Source: Alphaproteobacteria bacterium (GTDB taxonomy: Bacteria > Pseudomonadota > Alphaproteobacteria > JAAXGF01). Taken from it: 64,000 bases of DNA. Shown piece by piece: positions 28,268 through 38,916 of the stretch. A program made the translations under genes and the position numbers. The notes under the pieces are model-generated. The model did no database searches. It worked only from the letters and a program-made list of their open reading frames with translations, and was not told where the DNA came from. Numbering within the stretch: the first letter of the stretch is position 1; each line of letters starts with the position of its first letter. Location: contig CAUVXB020000001.1 in NCBI GenBank assembly GCA_963555825.3, forward strand, positions 2,336,001 through 2,400,000. Direction: 5' to 3'.

Positions 28268-29389
28268 CCCGTCGCGTCGGCGCGGCCCTCACCGGAGACG
28301 CGGGCGGCCAGCGCCGCGGCCATGAAGTCGTCGAGCCCGCCGTCGAGCACGGCGCCGGTGTTGCCGGTCTCGACGCCGGTGCGCAGGTCCTTGACCATCT
28401 GGTAAGGGTGCAGCACGTAGGAGCGGATCTGGTGGCCCCAGCCGATGTCGCTCTTGGCAGCGGCATGGGCCTGCACCTCTTCCTCACGCTTCTGCAACTC
28501 GATCTCGTAGAGCCTGGCGCGCAGCATGGCCATCGCCGCGGCGCGGTTGCGGTGCTGCGAGCGGTTGGTCTGGCACTGTACGACGATGCCCGAAGGCAAA
28601 TGCGTCAGACGCACCGCGCTGTCGGTCTTGTTGACGTGCTGGCCGCCGGCGCCCGACGCGCGGTAGGTGTCGACGCGCAGGTCCTTGTCGGCGATCTCGA
28701 CCTCGATGGTGTCGTCGATCACCGGGTAGACCCAGACGCTGGCGAAGCTGGTGTGCCGTCGGGAGCTCGAATCGTAGGGCGAAATGCGCACTAGCCGATG
28801 CACGCCGCTCTCGGTCTTGCACCAACCATAAGCGTTGGGGCCGCTGACGCGCACCGTGGCCGACTTGATGCCGGCCTCCTCGCCGAGGCTCTCGGCGATC
28901 CATTCGATCTTGTATTCGTGCCGCTCGGCCCAGCGCAGGTACATGCGTATCAGCATCTCGGCCCAGTCCTGGCTCTCGGTGCCGCCGGCGCCGGCGTGGA
29001 CCTCGAGATAGCAGTCGTTGCCATCGGCCTCGCCCGACAGGAGCGCCTCGAGACGCAGCCGCGCCGCGCGCCGGGACATCTTGCGCAGCGCCGCGACCGC
29101 CTCGTCGACGACCGCCTCCTCTTCCTCGGCCTCGCCGAGGGCGGCCAGCTCGATGTTGTCGGAGAGCTCTTGTTCGAGGGCGCGGTAGGACGTGATCGTG
29201 TTGTCGAGGCGGGTGCGCTCGCGCATCACGGCCTGGGCGGCTTGCGGGTCGTCCCACAGCGCCGGGTCCTCGGCCCGAATGCTCAGTTCATCGAGCCGGG
29301 CGAGCGCTGCGTCCCAGTCAAAGGTGCCTCCTCAGCAGTTCGAGCGACTGCTTGATCTCGTCGGCGAATGTTTCGACCTCGGCGCGCAT
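28264..29389 (-). CDS. prfB: Peptide chain release factor 2 with programmed +1 frameshift
   Basis: AGG AGG CAC CTT TGA C at about 29317-29332 (minus strand); SPY and GGQ motifs. Confidence 0.96.
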
Positions 29390-29527
29390 GTCCGCCTCGT
29401 TGCCTGTCAATGTCCGTGTGAATTCTGGCCGCGTGTATAGCGCGCCCCGCGCTGCGAAGGAAGCCTTGAGCCGCCGTCGATCGCGCGGCCGCTGTGCTAT
29501 CGTCGCGCCGGCGGACCCGCGGGCGGC

Positions 29528-30856
29528 ATGACGGAGGACACCGAGATGACCAGATACGCGCGTTCGGAAGCGCTGTTCGAGGAGGCCCGTTCCGTGGTCG
29601 CCGGCGGCGTCAACAGCAACGTCCGCTATGACGCCGCGCCGGTGCCGCTGTTCTTCACCCGCGCCGAAGGCGCCTATCTCTACGACGTCGACGGCAACGA
29701 CTACGTCGACTACCAGCTCGGCAACGGGCCGGCGATCCTGGGTCACGCGCCGCCCGCGGTGACCGACGCGGTTGGCCAGTCGCTGGCGTTGGGTCAGGTT
29801 TACGCCGGCCAGCACGAAGCCGAGATCGCACTCGCCCGGCGCATCGCCGGCGCCGTGCCCTGCGCCGAACTGGTACGCCTCAACGTCACCGGATCGGAGG
29901 CCATCCACGCCGCGATGAGGTTGGCGCGCGCCCATACCGGCCGCCAGAAAATCGTCAAGTTCGAGGGCCACTACCACGGCTGGATCGACAACGTCTCCTA
30001 CAGCGTCAAACCGCCGCTCAACGCCGCCGGGCCGGAGAGTGACCCGGTCGCGGTGCCGATGGGGCCGGGCCAGGCGGATAGCGCCGTGGGCGACGTGATC
30101 GTGCTGCCCTGGAACGACGCCGACGCACTCGACGCGGCACTGGCGCGCGACGGCGCGGCGGTCGCCGCCGTGGTCATGGAACCGATCATGTGCAACTCAG
30201 GCGTCATCCCGCCGCGGCCCGGCTACCTCGCCCGGGTGCGCGAGATCTGCGACGCCCATGGCGTGGTGCTGGTCTTCGACGAGGTCATCACGGGGTTCCG
30301 CGTCGCGCTCGGCGGCGCCCAGGCGCTGTGCGGCGTGACGCCCGACCTGGCGGTCTTCGCCAAGTCGATCGCCGGCGGCCTGCCGTTGAGCGCGGTCGCC
30401 GGCCGCGCCGACATCATGCGACTGCTCGAACCGGGCAACGTCGTGCACGCCGGCACCAACAACGGCAATGTCGCCTGCGTCGCCGCCGCGCTCGCGACGA
30501 TGACCGAACTCGCGCGCGACGGCGGCGCCGCCTACCGCGTCATGACCACGCTCGGCACCGGGCTGATGGCCGAGTTGGGCGCGCTCGCCAAAACCCACGG
30601 CCGACGTCTCCTGGCCCAAGGACCGGGGCCGATCTTCTCCATCGCCTTCACCGACCAGACGGCGATCGGTGATTATCGCGATCACTGCGGCGCCGATCAC
30701 GCGTTGATGGCGCGCTTCGCCGACGGCCTCCAGGCCGCCGGCGTGCGGGTCGGCCGGCGCGGTACTTTCTTCATGTCGACAATGCACGGCGCACGGGAAG
30801 TCGAACGGACGCTCGCCGCCGCCGACGCCGCCTTTCGTGGCCTGGCTGAGGCATAG
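29528..30856 (+). CDS. Class III aminotransferase (GSA aminomutase-like)
   Basis: YDVDGNDYVDY, FEGHYHG, FDEVITGFR, FAKSIAGG. Confidence 0.9.
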   Translation: MTEDTEMTRYARSEALFEEARSVVAGGVNSNVRYDAAPVPLFFTRAEGAYLYDVDGNDYVDYQLGNGPAILGHAPPAVTDAVGQSLALGQVYAGQHEAEIALARRIAGAVPCAELVRLNVTGSEAIHAAMRLARAHTGRQKIVKFEGHYHGWIDNVSYSVKPPLNAAGPESDPVAVPMGPGQADSAVGDVIVLPWNDADALDAALARDGAAVAAVVMEPIMCNSGVIPPRPGYLARVREICDAHGVVLVFDEVITGFRVALGGAQALCGVTPDLAVFAKSIAGGLPLSAVAGRADIMRLLEPGNVVHAGTNNGNVACVAAALATMTELARDGGAAYRVMTTLGTGLMAELGALAKTHGRRLLAQGPGPIFSIAFTDQTAIGDYRDHCGADHALMARFADGLQAAGVRVGRRGTFFMSTMHGAREVERTLAAADAAFRGLAEA

Positions 30857-30890
30857 GATATCAAGCGCCAGGCAGCCCGGACGCCGTGAT

Positions 30891-31040
30891 TAATGGGGTC
30901 AGACTCCTTTTTCAATTATCAATTCTAGACGGTTATAAAAGTGTCTGACACCGTTTACCTGGTGTAGACATAAATTAATGGTGTCAGACATCGTTTTATA
31001 TTCATAATATCAACCATTAATTAAGGAGTCTGACACCAAT
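30891..31040. repeat. AT-rich REP/REPIN-like cluster (element C)
   Basis: Four alternating GG(G/T)GTCAGAC / GTCTGACACC motifs between convergent genes. Confidence 0.8.
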
Positions 31041-31103
31041 AGCTGCTAACACCAACAGTTGGTACCGTTGCTCATCGATGGCGCGTGGTCGAGCTTGGGG
31101 CGT

Positions 31104-33482
31104 CTAATAAATGCCCTGCGCGCTAGCTTCGCTGGTCGGCGTGCTGGTCTCGGGCTCGGTGCCCGGCTTGAAGGCCTCGAGCAGGACACGCTCGGTGTGG
31201 GCGCCGGGCAACAGGCCGGTGGCGGCATCGACGCGCACCAGGCGGATGCCGGGCGGGATGCGGAACGGGATGATCGGCTCGCCGATCAGCGCCTCGGCCA
31301 TGAAACGCTTGAACGCCGGCACCGCGACGCGCGAGCCGGTCTCCTTGTAGCCCATCGGCGTCGGCTGGTCGAAACCGATGAAGACGCCGGCGACCAAATC
31401 GGGCGAATAGCCGATGAACCAGGTGTCGCGGTTTTTGTTGGTCGTGCCGGTCTTGCCGGCGAGCGGGCGGCCGAGCTCGCGAATGCGCCGGCCGGTGCCG
31501 CGCTCGATCACGCCGCTCATCATCGAGACCACCTGATAGGCGGTGTCGGCGCCCAGCACGCGCTCACGCTCGTCGCGCACGCGCGGCACGGGCTGGCCGT
31601 CCCAGCGCTCGGCCCGGCAGGTGTCGCAGGCGCGCGCGTCGCGCCGGTAGATGGTGACGCCATTGCGGTCTTGGATGCGCTCGATCAGCGCCGGGGTGAC
31701 CCGCATGCCGCCGTTGACGATCATCGAATACGCCGTCGCCATCCTGATCAACGTCGTCTCACCCGCGCCCAGCGCCATCGGCAGATAGAGTGGCAGCTGG
31801 TCGACGACGCCGAGACGCTCGGCGTATTCCGCCACCGTTTCCATGGTGATCGCGCGCGCCACGCGCACGGTCATCAGGTTGCGCGATTTTTCGATGGCGA
31901 CGCGCATCGGCACGGGACCGTAGAAGGTCGTCGAATAGTTGGCCGGCTTCCATTTCGGCAGGCCCGGTCCCTGCTCGATGACGATCGGCGCGTCGTCGAC
32001 GATGGTGGCCGGCGTGAAGCCGTTGTCGAGCGCCGCCAGATAGACGATCGGCTTGAACGACGAGCCGGGTTGGCGCCACGCCTGGGTCGCCCTGTTGAAC
32101 TGGCTGACGTCGAAGCCGTAGCCGCCGACCATGGCGAGCACGCGGCCGGTGTGCGGGTTCATCGCGACCAACGCGCCACTGACCTCAGGGATCTGGCGCA
32201 AGCCATAGTCGCCGGGCGCGGCGGGCGCTTCCTCGGTCCCCTCGTAGGGCGAGACCAGCACGACGTCGCCCACGTCGACCCGATCGGCGGGCGTCTTGAT
32301 CTTGGCGCCGACGCGCTGGCCCTTGATCCAGGTACGCGCCCAGGTCAAGGCGCCGAGCGGGATGCGCCCGGTGATGCCGTCGGCGAACGCGATGTCGGCG
32401 GCCTCGGCGGTGAGCCCGGTCACCAGGGCGAGCCGCCAGTCGCCGGCGCCGGGCGGCGCCTCGACCGCCGCGAAACGCTCCGCCCAGCCCTCTGTCATCT
32501 CGATCCGCGCGACCGGCCCGCGCCAGCCGTGGCGCCGGTCATAGGTGATCAGGCTCGAGCGCAGCGCGCGCTCGGCGATGTCCTGCAGCCGCGGGTCGAC
32601 CGTCGTGCGCACCGACAGGCCACCTTCGTAGAGACCGTGCTCGCCGTACTGGTCGTACAGCCAGCGGCGCACCTCCTCTGTGAAGTAGTCGGCCGAGACG
32701 AACTCGGTGGCCTCGCGAGAACGCACGACGAGCGGCTCGGCAATCGCCTCGGCGGCGGCGTCGGGTTCGACGAAGTTTTCCTCGAGCATGCGCGCGATGA
32801 CCCAGTCACGGCGCGTCTTGGCCGCTGCCGGGTAGCGCTCGGGGTGATAATTGTTGGGCGCCTTGGGCAACGCCGCCAGATAGGCGACCTCGGCGATGCT
32901 GAGTTCGTCGAGCGACTTGTTGAAGTAGTTGAGCGCCGCCGCGGCAACGCCGTAGGATCCGAGCCCGAGATAGATCTCGTTGAGATAGAGCTCGAGGATG
33001 CGCTGCTTGGTGATGGCGCGCTCGATGCGGAGGGCGAGAATCGCTTCCTTGACCTTGCGCTCGATCGATACCTCGTTGGTCAACAGGAAGTTCTTCGCCA
33101 CCTGCTGGGTGATCGTCGAGGCGCCCTGCAGCCGCCGGGTGCTACCGATGTTGAGCAGGTTGGTGACCGCGGCGCGCAGCACGCCCATCACGTCGACGCC
33201 CGGATGCCGGAAGAAGTTTTTGTCCTCGGCCGCGAGGAAGGCGTTGATGACGCGCTTGGGCATCGCCGCGATCGGCACGAAAACGCGATGCTCGCGTGCG
33301 TACTCGGCCAACAGGCGGCCGTCGCCGGCGTGCACGCGCGTCACCACCGGTGGCTCGTAATCGGCGAGCTGCCCGTAATCGGGCAGACCGCGCCCGTAGT
33401 GGTAGACCGCATAGAACCCGCCGCCGGCGACGACGATGCCGCCGAACAGAACCAATAGGGCCAAGACCTTGAGTACTTTCAT
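31104..33482 (-). CDS. mrcA: Penicillin-binding protein 1A
   Basis: AAEDKNF, GASTITQQ, QPGSSFK, SRN, GKTGTT. Confidence 0.95.
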   Translation of the reverse strand: MKVLKVLALLVLFGGIVVAGGGFYAVYHYGRGLPDYGQLADYEPPVVTRVHAGDGRLLAEYAREHRVFVPIAAMPKRVINAFLAAEDKNFFRHPGVDVMGVLRAAVTNLLNIGSTRRLQGASTITQQVAKNFLLTNEVSIERKVKEAILALRIERAITKQRILELYLNEIYLGLGSYGVAAAALNYFNKSLDELSIAEVAYLAALPKAPNNYHPERYPAAAKTRRDWVIARMLEENFVEPDAAAEAIAEPLVVRSREATEFVSADYFTEEVRRWLYDQYGEHGLYEGGLSVRTTVDPRLQDIAERALRSSLITYDRRHGWRGPVARIEMTEGWAERFAAVEAPPGAGDWRLALVTGLTAEAADIAFADGITGRIPLGALTWARTWIKGQRVGAKIKTPADRVDVGDVVLVSPYEGTEEAPAAPGDYGLRQIPEVSGALVAMNPHTGRVLAMVGGYGFDVSQFNRATQAWRQPGSSFKPIVYLAALDNGFTPATIVDDAPIVIEQGPGLPKWKPANYSTTFYGPVPMRVAIEKSRNLMTVRVARAITMETVAEYAERLGVVDQLPLYLPMALGAGETTLIRMATAYSMIVNGGMRVTPALIERIQDRNGVTIYRRDARACDTCRAERWDGQPVPRVRDERERVLGADTAYQVVSMMSGVIERGTGRRIRELGRPLAGKTGTTNKNRDTWFIGYSPDLVAGVFIGFDQPTPMGYKETGSRVAVPAFKRFMAEALIGEPIIPFRIPPGIRLVRVDAATGLLPGAHTERVLLEAFKPGTEPETSTPTSEASAQGIY

Positions 33483-33570
33483 CGCGCCGCCGCAAACTCC
33501 CGAGCACGAGACTTCACACGCGTGTGCAACCTACATCGGAACGAGAACCTACGCAGCAAATAAGGCCGCC

Positions 33571-34770
33571 TTATGACCGGCTCGCCGACTTCCTTTCGAC
33601 GAAGAACCGGTCGATGGCGCGGGCGATCGCCGTCATCAACCCGGCGCGCGTTATCGGATCGCGCAGGGCGCGTTCGTCCTCGCGGTTCGACAGATAACCC
33701 AACTCGACGAGAACCGACGGCACCTCGGGCGCCTTGAGCACACGGAAGCCGGCGAAGCGGTGGGTCTTGCGCAACAGCTTGGTCGATTTGCCGAGTTCGG
33801 TGATCAGCACCTTGGAGAACTGCGCCGAATATTCCATCGTCTCACGCCGCGCCAGATCGATCAGAATGTAGGTGACATCCGCGTCATAGGCGCCCGACTC
33901 GAGGTCGATTCCGGCGAGCACGTCGGACTTGTTCTCGCGCGCCGCCAGCGCCGCCGATTCGGCGTCGTAGGATTTCTCGGACAAGGTATAGATGGAGGCG
34001 CCACGCACCTTCTTGTTGGCCATCGAATCGGCGTGCAGCGAGATGAACAGATCGGCGCGCGCGTTGTGGGCAATCGCGACACGGCCGGCGAGCGGCACGA
34101 AGATGTCGCTCGAGCGCGTCAGCAGCACGCGATAGTGGCCCGAGGCCTCGAGCTGGCGCTTGAGCTCGATCGCGGCGAGCAGGGTGAGGCGCTTTTCGCG
34201 CGTGCCGGCCGCGCTTATCGTGCCCGGGTCGACGCCGCCGTGCCCGGCATCGACGACGATCAGGGGCTTGCCGCCAATCAGTGGCGTTGGACTGGCCGTC
34301 GGTGCCGGCGGTTGCGGTTGCGGCGGCGGCGTGAGCCGGGCCTGGCGGCCGAATTCCTCGGCCGAGACGGCGCGCAGATCGATGACCAGGCGATAGCCGA
34401 AGTCAGCGGTCGGCTTGAGGGTGAACGCCCGCTCGACGACCGACGGCGTGGCGACATCGAGCACCAGCCGCGACATGCCCGGCTGAAACAGCCCATAACG
34501 GAACCGCTGAATCACGCCGCGCATCGCCGGTGTGGTGCTCATCCGCCACTCGACCTCGGGCAAATCGACGATCACACGATAGGGCTGGGGCAGCGTGAAT
34601 ATGGTGTAGGCGACCTCGCCGTCGAGGTCGAGAACGACGCGCGTCGCGCCGCTATGAACGCCGATGCGCACGTCGCTGACGACCGGCTTGGCGAACGCGC
34701 CGCTGGCCGCGATCGTCGCGACGAGAATCACGCCTAGCAGATGGCTAAAGAATCGTTGCACGCGAACCAC
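33571..34770 (-). CDS. amiC: N-acetylmuramoyl-L-alanine amidase (AMIN + Amidase_3)
   Basis: DAGHGG.DPG, FISLHADS, PSVLVELGYLSN. Confidence 0.92.
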   Translation of the reverse strand: MVRVQRFFSHLLGVILVATIAASGAFAKPVVSDVRIGVHSGATRVVLDLDGEVAYTIFTLPQPYRVIVDLPEVEWRMSTTPAMRGVIQRFRYGLFQPGMSRLVLDVATPSVVERAFTLKPTADFGYRLVIDLRAVSAEEFGRQARLTPPPQPQPPAPTASPTPLIGGKPLIVVDAGHGGVDPGTISAAGTREKRLTLLAAIELKRQLEASGHYRVLLTRSSDIFVPLAGRVAIAHNARADLFISLHADSMANKKVRGASIYTLSEKSYDAESAALAARENKSDVLAGIDLESGAYDADVTYILIDLARRETMEYSAQFSKVLITELGKSTKLLRKTHRFAGFRVLKAPEVPSVLVELGYLSNREDERALRDPITRAGLMTAIARAIDRFFVERKSASRS

Positions 34771-35263
34771 CGATCAAGGACGCCCCGATTGGCAGAAGAT
34801 TCTGCGGCAAAACAGTCACGATTGCAATGCCTTAGACAATTTTTTTGAGACGGGTCACGAACAAACGCCTCGACCCGCACGGCAACCGCTTCGACAATAA
34901 GCCATTGTGCAGATGCCGGGCCAACCGTTATGATGGCGCCGCGAAGTACCGCAGTCGGCTCGCCTGTGTTTTAGCCCGGGCGCGCGGCGGGGCCGCCGGA
35001 TCCACCCGGTTCATGTTACCGATTTCGAGGCATCCGGTTTGTTTCCCGCTCAAGACGGTGCGGTTGATGGACGTAACCCGAAGCCGCTCCTCGACTGAAA
35101 TCGAGGGCAGGACACCAAGATTTCTCCCCGTCCCGGCCAAACGTGGCCGATCGTTTCGACGGGTCCGAGATGTGGTGTTGGCGGCTTCGCCGAACTGGAG
35201 ACGAGCGACGCGGCGGTAATTCGCGCTGCCGCGCAATAGGCTCGTCCTGGAGTACTATGAGAA

Positions 35264-37744
35264 ATGACAAAGCGCATGTTGATCGACTCGGCGCATCCGG
35301 AAGAAACCCGGGTGGTCGTGATCGATGGGAACCGGCTCGAGGAGTTTGACTTCGAATCGTCGACCAAGAAGCAACTCAAGGGAAACATCTATCTCGCCAA
35401 GGTTGTCCGCGTAGAACCCTCACTGCAGGCCGCGTTCGTCGATTACGGCGGCAATCGGCACGGCTTCCTGGCGTTCAACGAAATCCACCCCGACTACTAT
35501 CAGATCCCGATCGCCGACCGCCAGGCGCTGATCGAGCAGGAAGCGCGCGAGCAGCGCGAACGCGCCCGCGAACCCGACGATGCGGTCGACGGCCCGCCCG
35601 ACGACGACGCCACGGCTGACGACGACGCCACGGCTGACGACGACGACGTCACGGCTGACGACGACGACGTCACGGCTGACGACGACGCCACGGCTGATGA
35701 TGGCGACGTCGCCGAGCCGACCGCGGCCGACGATGGGGCCGACGAAGATGATGACGATGACGCGGCCGAGGCCAGCGTGGCGATCGAGGAGGTCAGCGGC
35801 GACGAGATCGATGAGATCAAGCGCCGGCCCCAGCATCCATCGCGGCGCTACAAGATCCAAGAGGTCATCAAGCGGCGCCAGATCCTGCTCGTCCAGGTCG
35901 GTAAGGAGGAACGCGGCAACAAGGGCGCCGCGCTGACCAGCTATCTGTCGCTCGCCGGCCGCTACTGCGTGCTGATGCCCAACACGGCGCGCGGCGGCGG
36001 CATCTCGCGCAAGATCGTCAACCCCGACGACCGCAAGCGGCTGAAGGAGATCGCCACAAACCTGCCGGTCGCCGAAGGCATGGGCGTCATCTTGCGCACC
36101 GCCGGCATGGATCGCCGCAAGACCGAGATCGAGCACGACTTCAACTACCTGTCGCGGCTCTGGGACGGCATCCGCGATCAGACCCTGAGCTCGATCGCGC
36201 CGGCGCTGATCCATGAAGAAGCCACTCTGATCAAGCGCGCAATCCGCGATCTGCACTCGAAGGAGATCGAGGAAATCCTGGTCGAGGGCGACGACGGCTA
36301 CCGTATGGCCAAGGGCTTCATGCGCACTCTCGTGCCAAGCCACGCCAGGCGCGTCAAGGCCTATGGCGAACCGATAGCGCTGTTCCAACGCTACCAGGTC
36401 GAGAGCCAGATCGACGCCATGCACAGCCCGGTCGTGCAGCTCAAGTCGGGCGGCTACATCGTCATCAACCCGACCGAGGCGCTGGTCGCGATCGACGTCA
36501 ACTCGGGCAAGGCGACGCGCGAGCGCAACATCGAGGAAACGGCGTACAAGACCAACCTCGAGGCCGCCGAGGAGGTCGCCCGTCAGCTCAGGCTGCGCGA
36601 CCTCGCCGGGCTGATCGTCATCGACTTCATCGACATGGACGACTCGCGCAACAACCGCACCGTAGAGCGGCGCTTCAAGGAGGCCATCAAGAGCGACCGG
36701 GCGCGCACCCAGATGGGCCGCATCAGCCCGTTCGGCCTGATGGAGCTGTCGCGCCAGCGCCTGCGCCCGAGCCTGTTGGAGACCAGCACGCTGATTTGCC
36801 GACACTGCGGCGGCAGCGGTCGCGTGCGCTCGATCGAATCGACGGCGCTTCACGTGCTGCGCGCCATCGAGGAGGAAGGCATCCGCGAGCGCTCCAGCGC
36901 AGTGACCGTTGCCGTACCCTCGGCGGTCGCACTTTATGTGCTCAACCAGAAGCGCGAAGTCCTGCGCGCCATCGAGGAACGCTACGGCTTCGAGGTGACA
37001 TTCTCGTCCGACGACAGCCTGATCGTTCCGGCCTTCCGGCTCGAGCGGATCCGCGCGCGTGGCGGCGAGGCCGCCGTCGAAGCGACCGAGACCGGTGACG
37101 ATGCGCGCAAGGAGCGCGGCCGATGGCCGTCGCGGCAGCGCAGGGTCGACACCGAAAAGGCGCCGCCCGCCGAAGCGACCGAGGCCGTGGCGGACGTGGA
37201 GGGCCAGGCCGCCGACAGCGACGCGGAAGGCGGCGAGGCCGAGCCGCGCAAGCGCAGGCGTCGGGGCAGGCGCGGCGGCCGTCAGCGGCGCGGCGCGGCG
37301 CAGACCGGAATCGATTCGGCCGTCGTGGAGGCCAGCGAGGCGGCGACGACCGATGGCGCCGATGCTCCGGCTGCACCGGCCGAGGAAACCGAGGAGACCG
37401 TGCCGGCAGAGCCGGCGACCGCCGAGGCCGATGCGGAAGCCGTAACCGCCGAGCCCGAAAAGAAGCCGAGGCGCCGGCGCAAACCGAAGACAGACGGCGA
37501 AAAACCACCGCGGGCACGCCGGTCACGCAGCAAGAAGGCCGAGACGGCCGAGGTCGTCGCCCCCGTCGCCGACGACGACGCGAGCGCTGTGGCCGAGCCG
37601 CCCGCGGCCGCGCCGGAACCGCTTGCGCCGGTTGCCGAAGATCCGGCGCCGCCGCTCGCCGCCGCGGCGTCGGATGACGCACCGGCTGTCGGCGAGCCAA
37701 AGCAGTCCGGCCGGCGCGGCTGGTGGCAGCGTCTGACGAGCTGA
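35264..37744 (+). CDS. rne: Ribonuclease E
   Basis: GNIYLAKVVRVEPSLQAAFVDYG, IDVNSG, IVIDFIDM, CxxC, disordered C-tail ending GWWQR. Confidence 0.96.
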   Translation: MTKRMLIDSAHPEETRVVVIDGNRLEEFDFESSTKKQLKGNIYLAKVVRVEPSLQAAFVDYGGNRHGFLAFNEIHPDYYQIPIADRQALIEQEAREQRERAREPDDAVDGPPDDDATADDDATADDDDVTADDDDVTADDDATADDGDVAEPTAADDGADEDDDDDAAEASVAIEEVSGDEIDEIKRRPQHPSRRYKIQEVIKRRQILLVQVGKEERGNKGAALTSYLSLAGRYCVLMPNTARGGGISRKIVNPDDRKRLKEIATNLPVAEGMGVILRTAGMDRRKTEIEHDFNYLSRLWDGIRDQTLSSIAPALIHEEATLIKRAIRDLHSKEIEEILVEGDDGYRMAKGFMRTLVPSHARRVKAYGEPIALFQRYQVESQIDAMHSPVVQLKSGGYIVINPTEALVAIDVNSGKATRERNIEETAYKTNLEAAEEVARQLRLRDLAGLIVIDFIDMDDSRNNRTVERRFKEAIKSDRARTQMGRISPFGLMELSRQRLRPSLLETSTLICRHCGGSGRVRSIESTALHVLRAIEEEGIRERSSAVTVAVPSAVALYVLNQKREVLRAIEERYGFEVTFSSDDSLIVPAFRLERIRARGGEAAVEATETGDDARKERGRWPSRQRRVDTEKAPPAEATEAVADVEGQAADSDAEGGEAEPRKRRRRGRRGGRQRRGAAQTGIDSAVVEASEAATTDGADAPAAPAEETEETVPAEPATAEADAEAVTAEPEKKPRRRRKPKTDGEKPPRARRSRSKKAETAEVVAPVADDDASAVAEPPAAAPEPLAPVAEDPAPPLAAAASDDAPAVGEPKQSGRRGWWQRLTS
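35600..35701 (+). repeat. In-frame tandem repeat in rne (5 units of 18-21 bp)
   Basis: GACGACGAC(GAC)GYCACGGCT encoding DDD(D)(A/V)TA. Confidence 0.9.
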
Positions 37745-37755
37745 TCCTTGGTATA
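37741..37755. repeat. Solo terminus of MITE-like element B
   Basis: CTGATCCTTGGTATA identical to 9135-9149; overlaps the rne stop. Confidence 0.7.
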
Positions 37756-37760
37756 AGGCG

Positions 37761-38909
37761 CTAGCGCCGCCAGTCTTGCAGGCGGCGTGCCGCTTCGGCC
37801 ATGTCCTCGGTCGAACCGGCGAAGGAAAATCGGACGAATGTGTTGCCGCGCCCGGGGTCGAAATCGATCCCGGGCGTTACCGCGACACCCAGCTCTTGCA
37901 GCATGTGCCGGCAAAAGTCCTCGCTGTCGTTGGTCATGGCCGAGACGTCGGCGTAGATGTAAAATGCGCCGTCGGCCGGCGCCAGCCGGTCGAAGCCCGC
38001 CTTGGGCAGCGCCTCGAGCAGCAATTCGCGGTTGCGCGCATAGCGCGCGACGTTGGCGTCGAGCTCGTCATAGCAGTCGAAGGTCGCCAGCGCGGCCCGT
38101 TGCGACAGTGTCGGCGGCGAGATGAACAGGTTCTGCGCCAGGCTCTCGATCGAACGCAGCAGGTCCTCGGGCACCACCATCCAGCCGAGCCGCCAGCCGG
38201 TCATCGAAAAATACTTCGAGAAGCTGTTGATGACGATCGCGGTCTCGCTATAGGCCGCCGCGCAGGCCGCGTCGTAGCCGAAGCAGATGCCGTGATAGAT
38301 CTCGTCCGACACCAGGCGGATGCCCCGGTGCGCGCAATAGACGGCAAGTTCGGCAAGGTCGTCGGGCGACAGCATGGTGCCCGCCGGGTTCGAGGGGCTC
38401 GCGACGACCAGCCCGTCGATCGGACCCTCGATCGCATCGAGCAGCGCCACCGACGGCTGAAAGCGCGTTTCGGGGCCGGCCTCGATCGGCACCGGCTCGA
38501 GGCCCACGGCGGTCGCGATGTGGCGATACCCCGGGTAACCGGGCAGCGCCAGCGCGATCCGGTCGCCCGGATCGAAAGCCGCCAGATAGCCAAGCACGAA
38601 GGCGCCCGACGCCCCGGTCGTGACGATAATCCGTTCGAGCGGCACGTCGAGGCCGTAGAACGTTTTGTAATGGGCCGAGATGGCGGCGCGCAACTCGCGC
38701 AGACCGAGCGCCTCGGTATAACCCAGCACGTCGGCGTCGAGCGCCGCCTTGGCCATGGCGAGCGCACCGGACGGCGCGCAGGTGCTCGGCTGGCCGACCT
38801 CGAGGTGCAGCACCTCGCCGCCCGCCGCCTCGCGCTCGCCGGCGGCGCGCATGACCTCCATCACCATGAAAGGCGGGATCGCGCCGCGCGCCGCGGCCTT
38901 GATCGCCAT
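37761..38909 (-). CDS. Class I/II PLP aminotransferase
   Basis: SPSNPAG, SDEIYHG, NSFSKYFSMTGWRLGW. Confidence 0.92.
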   Translation of the reverse strand: MAIKAAARGAIPPFMVMEVMRAAGEREAAGGEVLHLEVGQPSTCAPSGALAMAKAALDADVLGYTEALGLRELRAAISAHYKTFYGLDVPLERIIVTTGASGAFVLGYLAAFDPGDRIALALPGYPGYRHIATAVGLEPVPIEAGPETRFQPSVALLDAIEGPIDGLVVASPSNPAGTMLSPDDLAELAVYCAHRGIRLVSDEIYHGICFGYDAACAAAYSETAIVINSFSKYFSMTGWRLGWMVVPEDLLRSIESLAQNLFISPPTLSQRAALATFDCYDELDANVARYARNRELLLEALPKAGFDRLAPADGAFYIYADVSAMTNDSEDFCRHMLQELGVAVTPGIDFDPGRGNTFVRFSFAGSTEDMAEAARRLQDWRR

Positions 38910-38916
38910 CCGCTTA

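Noticed and set aside
29317-29332. prfB internal stop as pseudogene or novelty
   Set aside because: Well-known programmed +1 frameshift
25665-30856. Either class III aminotransferase as hemL
   Set aside because: Family-level motifs only; alphaproteobacteria generally use ALA synthase, so no symbol assigned
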